Assembly: GCA_031362565.1 (NCBI GenBank)
Contig: JANLSU010000039.1
Coordinates: 1 to 64,000 of the forward strand
Direction: 5' to 3'
DNA length: 64,000 bases
Source: a bacterium
Lineage (GTDB): Bacteria; Krumholzibacteriota; Krumholzibacteriia; G020349025
Shown: positions 26,656 to 36,256 of the stretch, one piece after another
How positions within the stretch are numbered: position 1 is the stretch's first letter
Layout: each line of letters begins with the position of its first letter
Made by a program: the position numbers and the translations under genes
The notes under the pieces: generated by a model
What the model was told of the DNA's origin: nothing
Database searches by the model: none
The model's input: the letters and a program-made list of their open reading frames with translations, nothing else

Positions 26656-27200
26656 GCCGACCTCCGCTCGACGGCGCGCAGTGTGGCGGGCACCACCAGC
26701 GCGAAGCCCACGGTATTGAACAGCGCATGCGCGAGCGGAAACGGAAATGCGAGTCCGCCCAGGACGACAGCGGCCAGCGTCGAGGATTCGCGCACCGTGA
26801 ACCACACGGCGGTATTGGTCAGGACGTCGAACCCGAGAGTGAGTGCGAATCCCGTCACTGCCGCCACGAGGACGCGCAGAGCCCACGGTCCGCGGCGCAC
26901 GCCAGCCCCCAGCCAGCCACCGGCGGCGCCATACAACATGAAGCCGAGAACCTGTGCCGCGTAGAGCGGCGGCGGCGAAACGCCGTTCGGATTGAATCCG
27001 GCGAAAACCGTTTCGGCAAGGGCGCCGACCAAAGCACCGCGCCGCGGGCCGACGAGCGCCCCACTCGTGAACACCGCGGCACTGATGAGTTCGACATTCG
27101 GGACGCCGGCGAGCGCATAGCCCAGAGCGGCGCAGAGAGCCGCCAAGAGCGCGGTCCGGACGAGGAGATGCGTCGGGCTCGTGGCACGCACGCGGTTCAC
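26652..27200 (-). CDS. ECF transporter S-component (CbrT-like)
   Basis: About 180 aa with six TM segments; ALLAAL...LGY....PNVE.......G...G...G..VG; GGAG RBS before GTG 27200. Confidence 0.75.
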   Translation of the reverse strand: MNRVRATSPTHLLVRTALLAALCAALGYALAGVPNVELISAAVFTSGALVGPRRGALVGALAETVFAGFNPNGVSPPPLYAAQVLGFMLYGAAGGWLGAGVRRGPWALRVLVAAVTGFALTLGFDVLTNTAVWFTVRESSTLAAVVLGGLAFPFPLAHALFNTVGFALVVPATLRAVERRSA

Positions 27201-27210
27201 CGGAACTCCG

Positions 27211-28026
27211 TCACGTCGCGTGCGGGCGCAGCGCGTCGACGATTGCAGCCGGAATACGCAGGTCCCCGGGCATCGGCGCCCCCGGCGACTCGCGGTGGAA
27301 ATCGGTGCCACCGGTGGGAATGAGGCCGTGCTGTTCGGCCAAGCGCAAGTAGCGGCGCGTCGAGCGCTCGTCGTGTTTGGGATGCCAGACCTCGAGGCCG
27401 ACCACCCCGAGCTCACGCAGCCACGGGATGAGTGCATCGACATCGCTCGCTCCTGGATGCGCCACCACCGGAACGGCGCCGGCGCTGCAGAGCAGTTGGA
27501 CGCCTTCGGCGAGGCTGACGCTGCGCTTGGCGACATACGCCGGCCGGTCCGTACCCAAGAAACGATCGAAGGCCTCGTTGAGAGTACCGACATGGCCGCG
27601 GGCGACGAGTTCTTCGGCGACGTGCGGCCGTCCCACCACCCCGCCACGGGCTCGGGCCTCGACGGCCGAATACTCGATCGCCATCCCGAGCCCGCCGAGC
27701 ATTTCGATGATCTGCTTGGCGCGCGTGACGCGATCGCGCTGGATCTCGTCGAGCGCCGAGCGCAAGGCTTCGGGGCGGCTGACGAAATAGCCCAGCAAAT
27801 GGATGTCGTAGGTGCCTTCTTCGACCGACAACTCGATGCCGGGAATGAATTCGACTTGGTGGGTCAGGGCGCGAGCCGCCGCTTCCGGGAGGCCGCTCAC
27901 CGTGTCGTGGTCCGTCAACGCGAACACCGACACACCGCGCGACGCCGCCAAATCCACCAGCGCCGCCGGCGCCAGTGCACCGTCGGAGTGCAGCGTGTGG
28001 CTGTGGAGATCGCAGAACCCCGGCAT
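27211..28026 (-). CDS. PHP-domain hydrolase (YciV/TrpH/RNase AM family)
   Basis: DLHSHT.HSDG, ALTDHDT, GIELS, IHLLGY, GRPHVA, AHP, TGGTDFH. Confidence 0.92.
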   Translation of the reverse strand: MPGFCDLHSHTLHSDGALAPAALVDLAASRGVSVFALTDHDTVSGLPEAAARALTHQVEFIPGIELSVEEGTYDIHLLGYFVSRPEALRSALDEIQRDRVTRAKQIIEMLGGLGMAIEYSAVEARARGGVVGRPHVAEELVARGHVGTLNEAFDRFLGTDRPAYVAKRSVSLAEGVQLLCSAGAVPVVAHPGASDVDALIPWLRELGVVGLEVWHPKHDERSTRRYLRLAEQHGLIPTGGTDFHRESPGAPMPGDLRIPAAIVDALRPHAT

Positions 28027-28057
28027 GAACCCCGCGCTATGCGACCGCGGGACGCCG

Positions 28058-30058
28058 TTACGTCCGCTCGAGCCGCGATTGAACATCCCTGAAGTCCACG
28101 TCCACCAGCGCGACTTCTTCGAAGAAGCGCCGCGCCTGGGCGTGATCCTCGAGCGCTTCGTAGGCGAGACCGAGACAGTACTGCAGACCGAGTTTGCCGC
28201 GCGGCTCGTGGCCCTCGGCGGCGACGACTGGCACCAACAGTTCGACGACTTCGGCGTGACGCCCAGTTTGCAACAGGCACTGTGCCAGCATCTCGAAGCA
28301 CTGCACTTCGAGACCCGGACTGGTCGCCGCGGCCTCGAACTCGGCAAGCGCTTCATTATACAGGCCCATGTCGAAGTACGCCACGCCCAGGTCGTAACGC
28401 GCCGATCCGTCGCCGTCCAGCGCGCGCGACATCTGCTCGCGGAAGCTGTCGATCACCGATTCGAGCTCCATGCTCAAGCCCCGGTCGGGCCGCAGCGGAT
28501 CCGGCTCGGTGAGCGTGTCGCCGGTCGGAATCCAGACAGGACTGCGGCGCAGTTCGTCGACCCACTCGGAACCCGACAGTGACGGGCGCGCTGCGGGCGC
28601 GTCGGGTTCGACGAGCGAATGTGGATCCCAAACCGGAATCGTTTCGATTCCCCACTCCGGCGCAACCTCGGAGATGAGTTCCGCCGATGCATTCACGACG
28701 TGCTGCGGCGGCAGGACCGGTGCGAATTCCTGGGACAAAGTCGATTCCGGGTGAACCTCGGGGGCAAGTTCGAGTGCCGCGTCGACCCCGGATGTTTCAA
28801 CCGGCGTCTCGGCGCGGCCGCGCAACGCGGCAGCCAGATCCCCAAAACGCGGCTCGCCGGCGCCGGAATCGAAGTCGAGTTCCACCGCCGAACCATCGAA
28901 GGGGGGCGTCATGGCGAATGGCGCCAGTTCGGCACCTGCCGCACTGCCGTTCGGCACCAAGTCCTCGGGCTCGGGAGCCGGTGAAATGAGACGCACGCCG
29001 GGCGGCAACGACAGCGCGAAATCATCCTCGGGGCTCGGTGCGGAAGCGACGGTTTCCAACGGCGACTCGAGGTCGATTTCAAACGAAGGTTCGAGATCAG
29101 CGCCGGCATCCGCCGCCGCGAGCTCGTTCCAAACTGCTGCATCGAGCCCCAGACCCTCGTCCACCGCCGGCATCTCGGACAGTTCAGATGCGGTCGCGAA
29201 ACGGTCGCCGGCCGCCGCGATGAAAGACGCGGGCACAACCGGCGTGTGATCCACCACCATCGGTTCCGGGGCGGCGACGCTGGGTTTGCCACGCGACGGA
29301 CCGAGATCCAGAACGTTGGGCTCGAACGCCGGCCGCGCGCCACCGGTCGGACCGGACTTCAGCGCGGCCGGGCTCGATTCGGCTCCGTTGCGCCCCGCCG
29401 GCTCCGCAACGTGGCCCATGCCGCCGCCCAGAGGTTCGGCCAAGAGATCACGTCCGCCGCTCCGCTCGACGAGAACGCGGAGCGAGCGCATCTTCTCGTT
29501 GTAACGCTTCGAGGCAGCATCGTCTTGGGCGTCGGCGGCGCGCTGCGCCAGTGACCGGACGATTTCGAATGCGGCGACAAATCGCGCCGCGCCTTCGAGC
29601 TTCTCCAGCACGAGGCCGATCGGCGCTTCGTCGGGAACAAGTTCGACGATTTCACGGCAGTGCTGCTCCAGCACGTCCGGATCTTCGGATTGCAAGTGTT
29701 CGAGGTATTCCCGAAAGAAGATCGCGGCCTCGGACCGGAAGCCCTGCTCCAGACGGAGGCGCGCCAAACGATAGCGTATTTCCACGCGGCCCGGCCGCAG
29801 GCGCATGATCTTCTTGCAGAGCGCCACCGCGTTGTTGTGTAACCCGACGGTCGCGTAGAGGTCGATCGCCTTCTCGAAGTGCTCGACTGCCTGGATGACG
29901 TCTTCCTTGCGCAGATAGACGTCGCCGATCTGGTTGTGGAGGGTCGGGTTGCCCACATCCACGCCCAGCATGCGCTCGAGCTCGACGAGCGCATTGCTCC
30001 AGTCCTCGCGCTGAATGAAATCACGCGCTTTGCGCTGGTGCACCGACAGTTTGGTCAC
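28058..30058 (-). CDS. TPR protein with N- and C-terminal TPR clusters and an acidic Pro-rich linker (SgmX-like)
   Basis: NQIGDVYL....V..AV..FEKA...Y...G..NNA.ALC.KI.R; C-terminal RYDLGVAY.DMGL..EA..EF, Y.LG.AYE, DVDFRDV; GTGA overlap with hutI. Confidence 0.7.
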   Translation of the reverse strand: MTKLSVHQRKARDFIQREDWSNALVELERMLGVDVGNPTLHNQIGDVYLRKEDVIQAVEHFEKAIDLYATVGLHNNAVALCKKIMRLRPGRVEIRYRLARLRLEQGFRSEAAIFFREYLEHLQSEDPDVLEQHCREIVELVPDEAPIGLVLEKLEGAARFVAAFEIVRSLAQRAADAQDDAASKRYNEKMRSLRVLVERSGGRDLLAEPLGGGMGHVAEPAGRNGAESSPAALKSGPTGGARPAFEPNVLDLGPSRGKPSVAAPEPMVVDHTPVVPASFIAAAGDRFATASELSEMPAVDEGLGLDAAVWNELAAADAGADLEPSFEIDLESPLETVASAPSPEDDFALSLPPGVRLISPAPEPEDLVPNGSAAGAELAPFAMTPPFDGSAVELDFDSGAGEPRFGDLAAALRGRAETPVETSGVDAALELAPEVHPESTLSQEFAPVLPPQHVVNASAELISEVAPEWGIETIPVWDPHSLVEPDAPAARPSLSGSEWVDELRRSPVWIPTGDTLTEPDPLRPDRGLSMELESVIDSFREQMSRALDGDGSARYDLGVAYFDMGLYNEALAEFEAAATSPGLEVQCFEMLAQCLLQTGRHAEVVELLVPVVAAEGHEPRGKLGLQYCLGLAYEALEDHAQARRFFEEVALVDVDFRDVQSRLERT

Positions 30059-31344
30059 GAATTCGACTCCGGGGTCACGGTGCTCGAGTCGGGATCGGTC
30101 CAGGCCACGCGTCCTCCGACGACCACGCTGCGTACGTTGTTGACACCGAAGTGGTACGGCACTTCGCGATAGTCCTCACTGTGGAGCACGAGGAGGTCGC
30201 ACCGCTTGCCGGGCTCCAGACTCCCGACGCGTGCGGCGCGGCCCAGGGCGGCCGCGCTGTTGAGCGTTGCGGCCACGAGCCCCTCGTCCGGGGTCATACG
30301 GAGCATGGAACACGCCAGCGACCACACGGCCTGCATGCTCTCGCAGTAACTGGAGCCTGGATTGAAGTCGGTCGCGAGCGCGACGGCGGCGCCGGCATCC
30401 AAAAGGCGCCGGGCGGGCGCCCAGTGCCGGGAGGCCAAACCGAAGCTGGTTGCGGGGAGTAACACGGCGACGGTTGCGGATGCAGCGAGCGACTGAACGC
30501 CCGCCTCGGACACGAACATCAAGTGGTCGGCGGAAACGGCTCCGAGCCGGCATGCGAGTTCGGTGGCGCCGTACGGCTCGAGCTCGTCGGCATGCAATTT
30601 CGGACGCAACCCATGCGCCACGCCGGCCTGGAGAATCGCCTCGCTTTCGGCCAGCGTGAAGACACTCGGCTCGCAGAACACGTCGTTGAATTCCGCCAGT
30701 CCGGCGGCCGCCGGCAGCATCTTTTCGATCACCAGCTGGACGTATGCAGCACGGCCCGCACGGTGCTCGAGCGGAATTTCATGGGCGCCCATGAACGTCG
30801 CGACGAGATCTTGCGGCGTATGGGATCGTAAGCGCGCGATGGCTTGCAACAACTTGAGCTCGTCGGAAAGCGTCAGTCCGTAGCCGGTCTTGATCTCGAG
30901 CGTCGTCGTGCCATGCGCCAGCATGCGGTGCAGGCGCGGCACCGCCAGGGTGACGAGGTCGTCTTCGGAGCGGGCGCGGACGTCGCGCACACTCGAGTGA
31001 ATGCCGCCGCCCGCGGCCGCGATCTCCTGATACGTCTTGCCTTCGAGACGCGCCGCGTACTCCGCCGCCCGCGGCGGTCCGAAGACCGCGTGGGTGTGCG
31101 GATCGACGAACCCCGGGATGACACTGGCGCCGCGTGCATCGACGACAGCCGCACCGGGCTGGAGTTGGACGGCGTCCCGCACGTTGCGCTCCGCGCCGAC
31201 TGCCACGATCGTGCCGTTCAAGGCAGCGATCGCCCCGCCCTCGACTCGCAAGAGCCGGCGCGCGCCGGCGCCGCGCAGTGCGGTACGACCTTCGGGAGTG
31301 ACGATCTCGCCCGCATTGCAGAGCAGGAAATCGGCTGCGCTCAT
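30055..31344 (-). CDS. hutI: Imidazolonepropionase
   Basis: PGFVDPHTH, Y.EIA..GGGI, GTTT.EIKTGYGL, GAHEIP, DVFCE, LHADE, SADHL, ATDFNPGSS. Confidence 0.96.
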   Translation of the reverse strand: MSAADFLLCNAGEIVTPEGRTALRGAGARRLLRVEGGAIAALNGTIVAVGAERNVRDAVQLQPGAAVVDARGASVIPGFVDPHTHAVFGPPRAAEYAARLEGKTYQEIAAAGGGIHSSVRDVRARSEDDLVTLAVPRLHRMLAHGTTTLEIKTGYGLTLSDELKLLQAIARLRSHTPQDLVATFMGAHEIPLEHRAGRAAYVQLVIEKMLPAAAGLAEFNDVFCEPSVFTLAESEAILQAGVAHGLRPKLHADELEPYGATELACRLGAVSADHLMFVSEAGVQSLAASATVAVLLPATSFGLASRHWAPARRLLDAGAAVALATDFNPGSSYCESMQAVWSLACSMLRMTPDEGLVAATLNSAAALGRAARVGSLEPGKRCDLLVLHSEDYREVPYHFGVNNVRSVVVGGRVAWTDPDSSTVTPESNS

Positions 31345-31377
31345 GCGCCCTCTTGGTTTCCGGCCGGTCGTGCCACG

Positions 31378-33072
31378 TTAGACATCTTGCATCGGCAAAT
31401 GCAGGCCGTGGCGCCGCGCGGCCAGGAGCGCTTCAGGATAACCCGCATCGGCATGGCGTGCGATGCCCATGCCCGGGTCGGTCGTCAACACGCGGCGCAA
31501 GCGTTCGGCGGCTGCCGGCGTACCGTCGGCCACGACTACCATGCCGGCATGTTGCGACAAACCCATGCCGACTCCACCGCCGTGATGAATCGACACCCAG
31601 GTCGCCCCACCGACGGCGTTCACGAGCGCGTTCAAGAGCGGCCAATCGGCCACTGCATCGCTGCCGTCACGCATGGCTTCCGTTTCGCGATATGGACTCG
31701 CAACCGAACCCGAGTCGAGATGATCGCGCCCGATGACGATGGGGGCGCGCAGTTCGCCGCGCGCCACGAGATCGTTGAGTGCGAGCCCGAACCGCGCCCG
31801 CTCACCGTACCCGAGCCAGCAAATTCGCGCCGGCAACCCCTGGAACACAATGCGTTCGCCGGCCATCCGGATCCAACGGGCGAGGCCCTCGTCGCCGGGA
31901 AAGAGTTCGAGGACCAGTTGGTCGGTGCGGGCGATGTCGGCCGGATCACCCGAGAGCGCCACCCAGCGAAACGGCCCTTTCCCCTCGCAGAACAGCGGCC
32001 GCACGTAGGCCGGCACGAAACCCGGGTAGTCGAAGGCCTGGGCGAGCCCGGCGCGTTGCGCCTGACCGCGCAAGTTGTTGCCGTAGTCGAATGCCACCGC
32101 ACCGCGCGCTTGGAAATCGACAATCGCTTGGCAGTGCTGCGCCATCGATTGCAGGCTTCGTTCGATGTACTGCTGCGGACTGCGCTGCCGCAACTCGGCC
32201 GCCGCTGCGAGATCGAGCCCCGCCGGCACGTAGCCGTTCAGTTCGTCGTGCGCCGACGTCTGATCGGTGACGATGTCCGGCCGGAAACCACGCCGTACGA
32301 GTTCGGGTAGAACCTCGGCACAGTTCCCCACCAGTCCGATCGACAACGCCACTTTTTGAGTGCGGGCGGTTTCGGCGCGCTGCAGCGCGGCGTCGAGCGA
32401 CGTCTCGAACACGTCGCAATACTTGGTTTCGACGCGCCGCTCGACGCGCGACGGGTCGACGTCGACTGCCAGACAGACGCCACCTGCCATGGTCACCGCA
32501 AGGGGTTGCGCACCCCCCATACCGCCCAGTCCACCCGTCAGCACGATGCGCCCGGCGAGCGTGCCGCCGAAATGCTGCCGGCCGCACTCGACGAGCGTTT
32601 CGTACGTGCCTTGCAGAATGCCCTGGGTGCCGATGTAGATCCAACTGCCGGCCGTCATCTGCCCGTACATCATCAGGCCCTTGCGGTCGAGCTCGTGGAA
32701 GTGTTCCCACGTCGCCCACTGCGGCACCAAATTTGAATTGGCGAGCAGGACACGCGGCGCATCCGGGTGGGTGCGGAACACCGCCACCGGTTTGCCCGAC
32801 TGCACGAGCAGCGTCTCGTCATTCTCGAGTTCGCGCAGCGTCCGCAGAATGGCGGCCAGCGATTCCCAGTTGCGCGCCGCGCGCCCGATGCCGCCGTAGA
32901 CGACGAGATCCTCCGGCCGCTCGGCGACTTCCGGATCGAGGTTGTTGCACAGCATGCGAAAGGCAGCCTCTTGCAGCCAGCCCTTGCAGACGAGCGTCGT
33001 ACCGCGCGGCGCGCGAAGGGTGCGTGTCGCCAGCGCGGTTTCGAGATCGAACGGCGTGGTCGTGCCCGGCAT
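31378..33072 (-). CDS. hutU: Urocanate hydratase
   Basis: [72 protein letters not shown] before ATG 33072. Confidence 0.97.
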   Translation of the reverse strand: MPGTTTPFDLETALATRTLRAPRGTTLVCKGWLQEAAFRMLCNNLDPEVAERPEDLVVYGGIGRAARNWESLAAILRTLRELENDETLLVQSGKPVAVFRTHPDAPRVLLANSNLVPQWATWEHFHELDRKGLMMYGQMTAGSWIYIGTQGILQGTYETLVECGRQHFGGTLAGRIVLTGGLGGMGGAQPLAVTMAGGVCLAVDVDPSRVERRVETKYCDVFETSLDAALQRAETARTQKVALSIGLVGNCAEVLPELVRRGFRPDIVTDQTSAHDELNGYVPAGLDLAAAAELRQRSPQQYIERSLQSMAQHCQAIVDFQARGAVAFDYGNNLRGQAQRAGLAQAFDYPGFVPAYVRPLFCEGKGPFRWVALSGDPADIARTDQLVLELFPGDEGLARWIRMAGERIVFQGLPARICWLGYGERARFGLALNDLVARGELRAPIVIGRDHLDSGSVASPYRETEAMRDGSDAVADWPLLNALVNAVGGATWVSIHHGGGVGMGLSQHAGMVVVADGTPAAAERLRRVLTTDPGMGIARHADAGYPEALLAARRHGLHLPMQDV

Positions 33073-33100
33073 CGAAAACCTCCGAGATCGCGTCCGGGGC

Positions 33101-33130
33101 ATCCTACCGCACCAGCTGCCGCCTTTGGAA
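33101..33130 (-). promoter_or_regulatory. Putative sigma70 promoter of hutU
   Basis: Minus strand TTCCAA-N18-TAGGAT, 28 nt upstream of the ATG. Confidence 0.4.
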
Positions 33131-33179
33131 CAAGAGCGCTTCGGGCGGCGGTCGCGGCCGTCGTGCTAGGCTCCAGCAC

Positions 33180-33965
33180 ATGAGTCGCATCCTGCTCATC
33201 CACTGGAATGCTGCCGAAGCCGCCGTGCGTGCGGCGCGTCTCGAGCGCGCTGGGCATCGGGTGGCGATTTTTTCGGAGCCGCGCCAGGGTGACGCTCTCA
33301 AGGCGTTTCGCAGCCCGCCACCCGACGCCATCCTCGTCGATTTGGGGCGCTTGCCGTCGCACGGCCTGGCGGTCGCGCAATGGTTCCGGCAGAACAAGTC
33401 GACACGCCACGCCGCGTTGGTCTTCGTCGAAGGCACCGCCGACAGAGTCGCGAAGGCGCGCGCCCTCCTGCCGGACGCCACCTTCACGCGCTGGACGCGG
33501 CTTGCGACCGTGCTCACCCACGCGCTCCACCAACCGGTCGCGAAACCGGCCGTGCCGGGTACCATGGCCGGCTACTCCGGCACGCCCTTGCCCAAAAAAC
33601 TCGGGATTGGTGTTGGGGCCAGCGTCGCGCTTCTCGACGCGCCGCTGGATTTCGCGGCAACACTCGGTTCGCTCCCGCAAGACGTCACGGTGAGCCGGCA
33701 AGCGCGCGGCACCGCGGACGTTGTTCTTCTGTTCACGAAATCGCGCGCCGATCTCGACCGGCGCTTCGCCGCCGCCACGCGCGGCCTCGCGCCGCGCGGC
33801 AAACTCTGGATTGCCTGGCCCAAAAAGGCCTCAGGCCTGCAGACCGATCTCGGCGAAGCCACGGTGCGCACCTATGGTCTCGAACGCGATTTCGTCGACT
33901 ACAAGATCTGCGCCATCGACACCACGTGGTCCGGCCTCTGCTTCGCCCGCCGCCGCAAGGCCTAG
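33180..33965 (+). CDS. Receiver-like domain fused to a DUF3052-like domain
   Basis: N-terminal (beta/alpha)5-like ILLIHWN...PPDAILVDL; C-terminal GYSGTPL.KKLGI, WIAWPKKASG..TDL, VDYKICAID.TWSGL. Confidence 0.72.
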   Translation: MSRILLIHWNAAEAAVRAARLERAGHRVAIFSEPRQGDALKAFRSPPPDAILVDLGRLPSHGLAVAQWFRQNKSTRHAALVFVEGTADRVAKARALLPDATFTRWTRLATVLTHALHQPVAKPAVPGTMAGYSGTPLPKKLGIGVGASVALLDAPLDFAATLGSLPQDVTVSRQARGTADVVLLFTKSRADLDRRFAAATRGLAPRGKLWIAWPKKASGLQTDLGEATVRTYGLERDFVDYKICAIDTTWSGLCFARRRKA

Positions 33966-34080
33966 AGTCCAGGACGAGCGGTCGAAGCGCGGACATGGGG
34001 ATCGATCAAGACGCTCTACCAATAGCCGGCGGCACGCGGGGGCACTGCTGTGCACCCTCGGGCTGTGCACGGTCGCAGTG

Positions 34081-35610
<1,530 letters not shown>

Positions 35611-35665
35611 GCTGCGCGCCTTCCTCTCTTCCTTACCGCATCGTGCCCGACCGCGGCAGGGCGCG

Positions 35666-36256
35666 TCAACCAACGCTCGAACGGCGCAGAATGCGCCGCA
35701 CAATTGCCTGGCGCTTGGAGCGTCGTGCCACCTCGGTGAAGCCGGCCTTCCGGAACGCCGAGATGAAGCCATTCCAGGCGAACACACTCGGCATCGACAC
35801 CGACTCCGGCACGATCGGGTAGCCCTCGACGGCCGGCGCACCGTGTTGGCGCGCGTATTTCACCGCCGCTTCGATCAAGCCCACCGTGATGCCGCGGCCG
35901 CGCCATTCACGCGCCACAAAGAGGCAGGGCACCGACCACACGGGTGTGTCATCGACCGGTTTGAGATTGCGGGCCCGCTCGAGGCGCGGATATTCGGTGC
36001 GCGGTGCAATGGCGCACCAGCCGACGGGTTCGTTGCCGGCGTAGGCGATGATGCCCGGCGCCCGTGCCGCGCCGACCAGCCGGCGCAAGAGGTGCTTGTT
36101 CAGAGCCCCCTTCCGGGTACGAAATTCGGCGGCGCTTTGCCGGTAGTACATGCACCAGCATCCGGCGCAGGCGCCGCGCGGCCCAAAGAGCTTTTCGAGA
36201 TCGTCCCAGTGATCGGCCGTCGCCGGCTTGAATTTCAAACGGGGTGTGTCTCGCAT
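35666..36256 (-). CDS. GNAT family N-acetyltransferase
   Basis: W.D..KLFG.RGAC.GCWC, PVGWCA..PR..YPRL, WS..CLFV....RGRG, VEGYP, F.KAGF. Confidence 0.88.
   Translation of the reverse strand: MRDTPRLKFKPATADHWDDLEKLFGPRGACAGCWCMYYRQSAAEFRTRKGALNKHLLRRLVGAARAPGIIAYAGNEPVGWCAIAPRTEYPRLERARNLKPVDDTPVWSVPCLFVAREWRGRGITVGLIEAAVKYARQHGAPAVEGYPIVPESVSMPSVFAWNGFISAFRKAGFTEVARRSKRQAIVRRILRRSSVG

Noticed and set aside
27201..28057. Cobalamin riboswitch upstream of the ECF S-component and receptor
   Set aside because: Intergenic gaps are only 10 and 31 nt, and no B12-box is seen.
33997..34027. Minus-strand TTGGTAGAGCG...TCGATCCCC resembling tRNA D- and T-loop fragments
   Set aside because: Only about 30 nt, no cloverleaf, no integrase nearby; probably chance.
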